DNA of 64,000 nucleotides from Oculina patagonica (Eukaryota): NCBI RefSeq assembly GCF_052425735.1, contig NC_135770.1, positions 27,156,001 to 27,220,000 of the forward strand, read 5' to 3'. Shown piece by piece: positions 1 to 10,882 of this stretch (position 1 is its first letter; each line of letters starts with the position of its first letter). The notes under the pieces were generated by a model. It saw only the letters and a program-made list of their open reading frames with translations, ran no database searches and was not told where the DNA came from. The position numbers and the translations under genes were made by a program.

Positions 1-1270
1 AGAACACAACGCAGCGCCCTGGCCAAGGCACGAACTCGGGCCGTTCGACTCAGAGTCGAGATCGCTAACCATTAGTCCACCGCACCTCCCACAAATTGAT
101 CGTAAGAGACAACGGAAATTTAAGAACACCGAAAAAAATTCAATTACCGGAGTGCTTTCTGATAGAACAATACATGCCTTTTACTTCTTGACGTGCTTTA
201 TATCACGTGACACAGGTGTATTTGCGCGCAAAACAACAAAACGTTTTCTCGCTTTTGTTTTTTTACTGTGAAAAAGCATGTCGTTTTCAGACAATCACAA
301 TGCACACAGTATCCAAACAGCGTCAAATAGCAATTAAAAGTAAAAGACTTTGAAACTAGCTAAAGAACAAAATAGAGGCTTCATTTTATATAAATCCTTC
401 AATGAACCATACAACCATATAATAGCGGTTATGACAAAACCATCATGATGGCTATCATGAATACAGTGACCGTTGTAAATTCATCTTGTTCTTCTATCTT
501 CATTAATTGAAAGACCTTAATTATTCATGGAAAAATGCTATTGTTTTAACAGCCGACGGTTAAAATGGTATGGAAATAAGGTGGTTTAAATACGTTTTAT
601 AACCTTTATTTGTTTTATGCACTGGTTGTTTTTGCTCCACTAAAACTCAATTAATTTTTTGGCATGAAAAATAAAATCCCACTTATCTTTTTGAAGAAAA
701 AGTTTTAAAGCAATTCCAACATAAAGCTATATTAACCGCTACATGATAAAAGAAAGGAATGGAAGCGGGTACATGCATGGTAATTCTAAAAATGCACTAT
801 TAATTTAGCTGACAGTAATAGGTTGAGATTTAATAAAGGGTGGGTTAAATTAATGCATGCAAGTAGCTAAATCTGTCAACGTTTAACCTCAGGACTATGT
901 CTTGTACAATATGAACTAAATGTTACGGGTAAAAGAACACGACCTCATCCAAGGGGAAATTATTTTATAGCTTTAACAGTTTCCCTTTCTCCGCACCCAG
1001 GATGCTCTACCAGTTTGATTGCGTGATATCTCCGGGGGGACTTCTCACAATGGACTCTACGGGGACGCTTCGCCCGAGAATGGGTGTTTTAAGGGGCAAG
1101 GATTTCACAAGCTTAAGTATATACTGATGGATAGGAAAACTGTTATTTAGATATTTGTAAGGCCGTTTAAAAGTATCTCGAACTGCCACACCCCCATTGT
1201 AAAGTCCCTCCCCCTCCCCCTCCCCGAGCGCGCTCGTATCATTTTTTTTCCATAAATCCTTTTCTCATAC

Positions 1271-1550
1271 CTGTAAGGGCAGTCGCCAAACAAGCATCCA
1301 TAGCGTTCCCGCCTTTTCTCAGCGCGTCCATTCCAGAATGCACAGCAAACGGTTCAGTTGTTCCCGCCACTAGCCCTTTACCGGCGCTGACTGCCAGTGG
1401 CTTTGGCCGCTCATATCGGCTGAGGGTCATTCTCTCCAGTCGTTCAAACTCTCCCTCCAGCCATGTTGCAGGAGACAAAGATATTTCGCACATTGCGGTC
1501 TGTGCAGTCATCAGCACTATAAAGAACAACATAGAAAGACACTGAGGCAT
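1271..1550 (-). CDS. Exon 1 of a secreted gamma-glutamyltransferase (GGT)-family gene; remaining exons not identified, presumably left of the window
   Basis: ATG at 1550, hydrophobic signal peptide (MPQCLSMLFFIVLMTAQTAMC), then the GGT N-terminal motif GLVAGTTEPFAVHSGMDALRKGGNAMDACLATALT (cf. G.VA...A...G..IL..GGNA.DAA.A); donor ACAG|GTATGA at 1271/1270. Confidence 0.75.
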
Positions 1551-4259
1551 TTTCTAGACAAGAATACAACCAATTCGTGAGCTGTTTCTTTCCGCTCTAC
1601 TCAATAGGACGGATGAACGCAAATAAAAATGAATTAGCTAAATTTGCCAATGATTATTGACATCATTGAGTGATTGACGTACGCGCTAATGTAACTGAAA
1701 GGATTAGATTCGATTTAGAAAAGTTCTCGTGTTTCTCAAAAGACGTCACTGTACTTAGCTGTGCAAAGGCAAATCCATTAGGGACGGACCATTATTTTTT
1801 GGGGGGAGGTGGGTGGGGGAGGAGTGAGGGGTGAGGGTTTGGGCAATTTTTCTGGGCAAGATATATTTATCACCTTCAGGTTGTGCAATAACTTTTTTAA
1901 GATTACTTTTTTCCTCATGGCTCCTCTTACACAATTTTTTTCAGCCGTTTTTTTGTGCAGGAAATTTTCGGGAAATTGCCCCACCTCACCCCTCCCCCTC
2001 AAAAAATAATGCTCCGTCCCTTAATTAGGTCACGCTTTTTAAGCTGATTTTGGTACGTAAATACCAATCCCGCGTGCGTCAAGAGATCAAGAAACCTTTT
2101 TAAAATAGCCTTGGAAACAGGGAATTGAGCATTTTTAAAGTTGGCAGACTTTGCCAAATATCTCCGTTTCTGTGGTTTTCGAAAAATTGTTTTCTGGGCA
2201 AAATCAAAAGATGGATTTCGCTAGAAATAACACCTGGATACCTGTCTGTACCCTCCACTCCAACTCACAGAATAAGGAACTTCCATTATTGATCCAACAT
2301 AAGGAGCCCATACGAGCGATGTAACTGTTTATATGTTCGAAATGTGAAGAACTGTATGGGGATATAGAAATAAAGGGTCTTATCATCGTAAAAATATTGT
2401 GAATAAAGTCTATATTTAAGCTCCAAATAAACATAAACCCACCTCAGTTGTGGTATTGGTTTCGTCTCCGCGGCTCAAAATGGCGAATTTGAGCGATTTG
2501 AAGGGCTTCGACTGCTACTGCGACTACGTTGACCGTTACTAGACGTTATACGGAGTTTCTCCTCTTATAACGTGCAGTAACAGTGAACGCAAATTAATCC
2601 TTTCAAATACTTGGTGACATTTGGCCCATAATCTACACAAAGACAGTGGCTTGACCTACGCAATGCTCGTCACTCGTTGCGTGATGAAAAGGGGATCAGT
2701 CACGCCAAAACAAAAATATAGAATAATAAAATAAACTCTTAGTGTTGGGTGGTGGAGACTGTTTTTTGTTGAGTTTGATAAAAAGAGACCGTACGACACT
2801 TCCCTGTGGGTCATTTTTCTCGTTTTATTCAGTAAGTAAGGTAAAGTAAAATTTGCGTTTGAGGTTAATGGCCCATCAAACCCCCGGGAGGAAAGGGAGG
2901 TACTCTCCTATATGGCCTATACGGGGAAATGCGGCTGGTTAGGGTATGGTGTTTGTCCCTTCTGCTTTGAATAGGGTATATTATTCCAAGTCAGGCGGTC
3001 CTTATCAGGGTCTGGACCCGTCCTGAACAGGGTCCGTCAAGTATTTGGCAGTTCAAAATTTTTGGACTTTTGTTTCGCTTCAGCTTACACATCTAACTTG
3101 TTTCAACAAAAGGTGCCCGGCCGGCTGAGAGAGAGAGGCTTGAAATTCACCAACAGCCACCCTCCCTCCCCCCTGAAGTCCCCTGGCTAAACCAGGACCA
3201 GGGGGGCCGAGCAGAGTACCTAGTCCAGCACAAAAACACTCCACTATGCCCACCCCCCTAGAAAGCCAGCAATTTAACCCCTGACCCTGGGCTCCCTAGG
3301 GCTGCTAGCCCTACCACTCAGCTACCCGGCACAACCTTCCAAGACGTTGCCCCCCCCCCCCCCCCCCCCTCAATTTTTTCTTGCCGGACTGGCTTATAAC
3401 GTCGGCCTTCAAGCACGGTTCGCGGAGTCCACCTTTTGTCAAATCTGTGTAGACATATATATCATTTTATCTTTTGTCAACGTTCCATGCGTTTAATGCA
3501 TGGAACGTCACGTTTGGTTACCCTCTTGGAAAGTGTCAATGGGCCTTTTAATGTAATTACAATTGCCAATGAAACATTTGCGTACAAATCCACGTTTTGA
3601 AAATCATGTCTATGGTCATACTGTGCTTTTGAAATTGGAACATTAGCAAGTATGTGTAAAGTAGCTGAAGAGTGTAAATATTTTGTTTGTTTGTCGCAAA
3701 TAAACGACTTTCTTCACTTTTTAATAGTTCCACACGGGCATTTTTCAAACGCTTAAAGCAGTTTTTACATGTAATTAGTTGAGTTCCAAATAAATAAGTA
3801 AATCATCAGGGTACTGGTAAAGTGTCGAACTTTGAACAAAGAGGAACATGATAGCCTTATCTTTGAAGATTTTGAAGTACTTCTCTTGTTTTTAATGTTA
3901 TTGACATTCCTGAAAGGCCCCATGGGGAAGCTACAATAAAGGATGTATGCATGTATGTTTCTGTTGAATGTGGTTGTTGTTGTTGCTGCTGCTGTTTTTT
4001 GTTGAACCGCGATCAAATTTGACCCCGGCCAGGGCTCGAACTGTCCAGAATCTAGCGCAATAACCATTAGGCCTCCACGCCTCCTTTGATTCGCAAATAA
4101 GGACACTTCATTACACCATGCCATTTAATCATTTACTTTTTTAACCCAGAACGAACTACATCACTTTTTGCACCACATATCATATATACTTTAAACTTAC
4201 ACTTCTAATGTAAAGTAATACAACCCTTTTTCGTCTACAATTATACTATGCAGTTACTT

Positions 4260-7200
4260 TCACTTGCGGCCTTTTTTCTTCTTTGGAACAATCCACGGGA
4301 ATCCCCGTCGTTTCAGAGTAGTACGGGGACCGTCAAACAAGGGGAATGCCCATTTTGCTTCCTTCACGCTGAAACTTTGAATCATGTCTTGAAGGGAACG
4401 GCGTGTGATCTCTCCCTGCTTGCACTCGCCCGGTATCTTCAGTTTCTCAGGCTGGACAGTTGTTTTTAAGTCAAGGAAACTGTTAACATGAAAAAGGCAT
4501 CGTTAGTATGTCCTCTGCAAGGCATAGTAATTCTAGAGGTTCCTAAAAAAGGGAGGGTATAAATTCCTCTTCAGACCAAATTTTGCGCTAATCCCATTTC
4601 CCGGCCTATTTTTGCACAATTCCCAGTCCGATTCCTATTTTTTCTTTGTGATTCTCAGTCTCAGTGACGCAAATCCCATTTTCTCAGTAAAAATAGCCTA
4701 AAATACAGTTTCAGTAAAGCAGCTATAGTAACGCAATTTTTAATAAATAAGATCATTACATAAATTTAAGTTTTCATTGTTTACTGTATGTCTTTGTCTT
4801 TTGACTTTTTGAAGTCATGTTCATGATAGTTTAGTTTGCCTTAAATATTATTCACGTTTCCCTAGTGGGGTATGCCACAAGCGGAAGAAACTACTTAACA
4901 CAGGGTTTCGTGGTTTTTTGGCTGCCGGTTTTTGGGCCGAGAAACGCTCTTCTGGATTTTTAGCATTTTCCTCATCATCTCGTAAACACCTCAAATTCTT
5001 AACAAGGTTATTAGATGTATTCACCAAGGTTTTTACATAGAGAGGTACTTTATTAGGAGATAAAACTCCTTTTGGTAGCTAGACAAGTACTACATGGCAA
5101 AATTTCCAATGCCAATCAGTTTTGCACCATTTAGTTCTATTGGTAAAGTTCAAGGTATCCTTTTATTCCTTTTGAAGAAACGTTTTAAAAACATATTATA
5201 TACCTTCCTGCTATAGCGGAATTATTGGTTTTCACGGCAAATTTTACAGGAATGCATTGATCTCCCGACTCCAGTGTTATGACGCCAACACCTGCGAAAT
5301 CGAATATTAAATTTGATTAATATTTCAGTCCTCAAAACTGTCTCTAATAAGCCTCTACAACCTCGACTTTAGTATAAGCTGTATCTCTATTCTAAGCACC
5401 CCCCCCCCCCCCCACTCCCCCCGCACCTCGTTAATTTCCATGTTGCTAAGCTGAAGCCTGATGCTAAACAGTGAAACTATAGGTACGTTTTTGTTAAGAT
5501 GTGTTATTATGTGCGCTAGCGTTTTAATGATCTGAAGTATACGTAAGACCAGGTCTCTAATAACACCCCCTCTTTCCCTTTCTCCCTCAAAAAGACTTGA
5601 CAGATAAAAGCCCCCGATAGTTTAATTGAGGTACCGTATATATGATCAGTCCCAATAGTAGATCAGTTGCAGTTTATCTATCTGCAATTTAGACCCAAAG
5701 AAACCATAGAGCGGTTTACAATTGAGCATCGCAAAATCAAAACCAAAGTATGCACTCTGGCCAATCACAAAGGACCCGAACTATCCAGTGAGCCAATCAC
5801 ACTTCGAAGTAAATACTTGTAGCCAGTACAAAGCGCGGGAAAACGTGTGTGAGCTATTCCCTATAAAGGGCGCGCGGAAGAGAGAGTTCAGGGACTGGAC
5901 TAGCTTTGGACTTACTTCTGGTTGGCTGAGAAAGTGGCGCGAGCTTTATAAAATCAATCATGCAAAACCAAAGCAAATGCGAATTACTTTCGACACTCAA
6001 GTGAAAACAACTATAATACAGAGAAAATTAAGTATCAGTAGCACTAAAACACAAAAAACTTGATTTGGCCCCTTGGCTGACAAACATCCAAACCGAATCA
6101 GGTAAAAACCTTCGCCAATATAGATGTGGAGGCAGAGCTGACGTGAATATCTTGTAAAACCAAAACTGTCGTTATCCTTACCTTCCTCGCCTTGAAACGA
6201 GAAACAGTCAACTGAGACACCTTTATATCCAAGTGAACCTGTGGCGATAAGCTTATGAGCCAAATCCTCAAATTTGTCAGGCATTATTTTTTCCTCGAGT
6301 GGCTCACTGTAACATTCTCCTTGGACCTTCTCGTAAAGCTTGCCCGGTAGCCGAAAAACCAAATATGAATGAAATATGTTACGTCCTAGCTAACATCCGC
6401 GTCGTAATTAGGAACCGACCATTATTAATCTTATAGGGTGGGTGGGTCATCTGATCCCCTCGTCCGGTTTTTTTTTTTACATTAAGGAAGGAAATGAGAG
6501 TACTGTCCCAAACATTTATGACGCGACTAGTAAACTCCATCTGCGTAAATCCAAGAGTCCTTGTGGGTAACTCATAGAACAGGGACTTGCCATCCCCTAT
6601 AATTTCTGAATCAGGTCTCCCTCGACTCTTCTCCTTTGCGAGAACAACAGAGGGGACTAGCGATGTTAAAATGTAATTGCTATTTATAGTGGTCATGCAC
6701 TTAGCTTCGAGATAGCTAGTTTGCAGGCATTCCACTGAAACAGAGGAAACAAATATTCTAAATGGACATAACATGATTAAAAATCCCAACTGGCAGGAGG
6801 CAGGCCAGTTGGCTATATACAAAGCGTGGTCGAGAATTTGAACTCGGGACGACCGAGAACTGAACAAATCCAGCTAGTGACAGGGTGGAGGTTTTGAACC
6901 CTGGACCTCCGGATGTATTCTATCGAAAATAAATCTTCGGAAAAGAAGAGGTGAGTATTACCTGATTACCAAAGCAACCCAGAGTCATCATCATTGTCAA
7001 CTAAACTAAAGCTAAAGCGTTTCAAAAAACTAAACGGAACAAGAAAGGATATTATCTAATCGTTTGAAAAATGTTTTCAGTAACAAGCAAAATGCCGTCC
7101 TTACCCCTTTGAAGTCCATTATCAAAATTCCTTCAGCAGTCTCTTCCTGCATTATTTGAAGATTCAAATCTAAGTTGAATGTTATATCAATTGTTTCAGG

Positions 7201-7887
7201 CGACCCTGATTCGTCCACCTCGACCTATAATGAAGAGTAACAGTGTTTAACCCTTAGTGCCATATATAGGGTTACCCCACCCTGTCTCGTCCCCAGTCGC
7301 TCGCGATCGTTGGGGAAAATGCTAGTTAATTATTGAGAAAAGCGGGGGCGAAGGGAGACACCCACCCATCACCTACCGCTCGCGCTTTGCGCTTGCTCCC
7401 AATCCCCCACGCGCGATTCTCTATCAGAATCCGCGCTCGTTTTTGGAAAAGCCTGTGGAGGAGGCAGTTACCCGCCCTATTCGCAAGGAAACCATCCTCT
7501 CTCACGTTATTAGTGCCTACCACAATTAAATAACTCATCAATACAGTTACTAACAAAACAGAAACCGTAGTCGATGGTTTAGCAGTCAGCCCCTTTTATT
7601 TTCGGGAGGAGATTATCGAAAAGGATGTTAGTAAAATTCTTGATATTAATGCATTACTGATTAAACTTACCGTATACAGCCTACCCGATAGCTGCTTTGG
7701 AAAACCTAAAGAAAAAAGTACGTGCCAAGATTTAGAAGATAAAAAACAACGACAACAAAAAAAGAAAACAGTAAATTCCGTTGAGCGTTTTTATCTTACC
7801 AGAGCATGTTAATGACCGCTTTGCTGGATTTAAATTGGCAATGGAGCAACCTAACAGCAGGACCACTACAAAGAAAACAGCCTTCAT
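4260..7887 (-). CDS. Ependymin-related (EPDR-like) secreted protein, 6 exons, ~235 aa, with basic C-terminal extension
   Basis: Hand-spliced exons 7887-7800, 7705-7671, 7224-7105, 6338-6182, 5291-5204, 4479-4260; all phases compatible with GT-AG introns. Protein MKAVFFVVVLLLGCSIANLNPAKRSLTCSGFPKQLSG...ILIMDFKG-LYEKVQGECYSEPL...SGDQCIPVKF...SFLDLKTTVQPEKLKIPGECK...GRK*. Signal peptide plus the ependymin pattern C..P.Q..G, I.DF..G..Y....C, CIPV and F.D....P....IP..C. Confidence 0.8.
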
Positions 7888-10164
7888 CTTCGAATGACAC
7901 GGTTGTCTTCAAATGTGGGTTATCTCTTCGCGCCTTTTTTTATACATTTCATCCATGTATACAGCTGCGTTAAGTTCAACAATCTATACAGAACAGCAAC
8001 GTGGCTCAACGCAATTTAAAATAAAGTGGACGACGAAACAGATAGAATGACATTTAATTTTTTAATGAGTTAATGGGTGGAGAAATTAAATTAAAGTAAA
8101 GTGGCTATGCAAACAGAAATAAAGTTACAAGTTAAGCGCACAGGTGCCTTTGGGCACTCACGAAATTATATTTTCTACCGTTCTGAGCGTTCAATGTTTT
8201 ATTCAGATAAAATTCTTATTGTGAAGTAAAAAAATGCGTAACTTAAATGGTAATGTGTTTGTTCCATTTTTATTATGCCGACGTTTGAGAAGAATATTTC
8301 GTATTTCCTTGGTAACATATGGCAAGAAAATAATCGCAATCTTGATTGAAAACCATCAATAGTCAACTAAAAACGGTCACAGCGGATACATGTAGATCGG
8401 AATACCACGACATACAATTTTAATTGCTCGAAAATAAGTTCAAATAAAAAAAAAGTAGATCACGATATGAAGAGTTTATTATCAGTTTTATTTTAATTTA
8501 GCCTGGAACTTTAATCAATTAATTCCACAATTAACATTTATGTGTAACATTATATAAAAAATGAAATTATCGCTCACAAGTAGTTTTTTCTTTCGCTTGC
8601 CTTTGCGCTAACGACAAATGATGATTATTTACTCATGGGCTGAGGAGCACGCAACATCTCGTAACGATGCGCACGTGCATACATCAAAACTTGAAACAAA
8701 TATTTTTAATAGAGGGTCTGAATGGGGTTTAGTGCTTAGTGTTATCTGCCAATGATTTTTCTTGTTTGATGTTACATTGGCCATTTTAATGTTTACTGTA
8801 TCCGTGGTTGGCTGGTTTTTGTTGAAAGACCCAAAGTCTTTTAGCATTGTAAATTCTTATCTGCCCTTCGAAAAGCGGTAATAAAATCACTCTTTAACTA
8901 AGAGAACAATTTTGGATTTCTCCTCGGAAATCTTCGGTAGTCCTCGGACACCTTCCATAGTCTCCGGATATTTTCGGTAGTGTTCGAAGATCTTTCGAAA
9001 TTATCGGAAATCGTCGGAAAATGGCCGAAAACTTCCTGATATACTAAAGAAAATAATATTTTGGAGCCGTTTTCGTTTATTTCTGGATAAAGTTTACTGT
9101 TAACGTGATAGCCGTGACGAATTTGGACATTTTTTTTTCGCTCGGGCTCTTTATTATCTTCACACTCGACGGGATAAGAAAACAAGGAAACTCTAGTTAT
9201 CTAATTTTTTGTCAACTCAGTATAGTTTATATCATCCCAACTGGTAGGGGGTTATCCGATTGCCTAAACGCGGCGAGCATAGCCAAGGAGTTAAACTTGG
9301 AATTGCCAAAACAAATCCTGATATTGGTAGGGTAGACATTTTCAATCCGGGATCTTAACCACTGGGCCACGCGGTTGCTTTGCTCTCGGAAGGAACATAA
9401 CAATTATAAGCATCGTGACTGCGATTGTGTGTTGCCTAGCCTCAATTTAATAAAGAAAGAGTGATTAAACATTTATCTCGGTAAATAGTTCTTACTTGAT
9501 TTTAAAAATGATGCGAGTCATCACTATCACTAAAAAAGGGGTTGAAGAAAAGAGACAATTGAAAGTCAACGTAATGGTTACTCATTTTTAAGTTTACTTT
9601 TTTATCCTACATTATTGTAATTTAATCATGGGGATCAAAATAGTTTTCTACGTATACATTATTGTCATTTTCCATTTCTCTTTTTCTAGTGCTAGTTGTT
9701 TTGTTTTGTATACACTCACTGTAAATCTTGAAATGGAATAAATAAATTAATTAAATTAAAAAAATGACATGGTTAATGGTAAATGGTTGATTCAGTTAAT
9801 GAACATACGATATGATCACAATGTTGTCATGCTAAATTCCTCTCTGTTATTTCATACTTGTTACTTGAAACCGATTCACGTTAATTTTTCGTAGATCAAC
9901 TGGACGATAAGACCACGCATTTAACAATTTAGAAAAATAACAACTCTCAGCATTTCAGCACGTCCCAAAGAGTAAACTTAAACCGTTCACGGGTCGAAGT
10001 AGAGACAAATAAATTGGTATTTTAACAGGATTCTCTGAACAGATAAGCAAAATGCTTGATGGTAACTTGTAAATAAAGACCATTGAACGCCTTTCATTCT
10101 GGCCATGCAAACGGTCGTGGAAGGCTGTTTCCTTGGTGACGTCACAGCACGTTCTCAATTTAAA

Positions 10165-10508
10165 AGGACAGTGTCACCATAATTAAGTGATGCATGAAAA
10201 TGCAATGATTGGCCTGGGTTAGTATTATTTGGAAATCCACTAACAGTGGTCTGGCATTGCTAAAACGAACTGCACTAGTCAGAAATAGTCAAAGGTTTGG
10301 TTACGGAGGGTTATGGCAGACGTTTTCAAATTTGACAGTGTCACTTGGAAGAAAATCACTTATAAACCACTGATTTACATTTATTCGCACCTTGGAGAAT
10401 GAACTGATGCCTTTCTTTGTCGCTCAAAGGTTATTTTGTTGATCACTGAGTGCAAATTCTATCATAGTTTACACAAAAACGTAAAAGAGTTCTTGTGATA
10501 CTGCCCCT
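10165..10508. mobile_element. TTAA-flanked (Kolobok-like) MITE; similar element at 34250-34462
   Basis: TTAA(A)AGGACAGTGTCAC ... GTGATACTGCCCCT|TTAA; second element TTAA|AGGAGCT ... AGCTCCT|TTAA. Confidence 0.55.
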
Positions 10509-10882
10509 TTAATGGCTTTTCAATCAACTTAACGCTATGGTGCGGACAAGATTAGAATACAAAATTTTACATTATTTTAACTGTGCCATGTTGTTTTGAT
10601 TTGACAGTTCTAAGTGTCTTTTAAATTTACATGTATGCGAAAATCTTAGCTTTTGTCACGTGGAAATAAACCATAAGAACAAGCGCTTTCTACATTCACC
10701 TTAAATCCCAAAAATAACGACCCACCCAGAGTCCTAATGAAGACCTACTCCAAACAAGTAACTAAAGTCGTTTTGTGTCAGCACCCCATCAACTACAAAG
10801 TTTGTTTGTAGAGGGTTATCTGCAATAACTAAAAGATTTCCTGTTGTTGAAAGTTTGGACGCAAAATCTACTTAAAATGATT

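Noticed and set aside
6379-6867. 162-aa minus-strand ORF inside EPDR intron 3
   Set aside because: Its 5' half is an interspersed repeat, it has no recognisable domain, and it is not needed for the EPDR reading frame.
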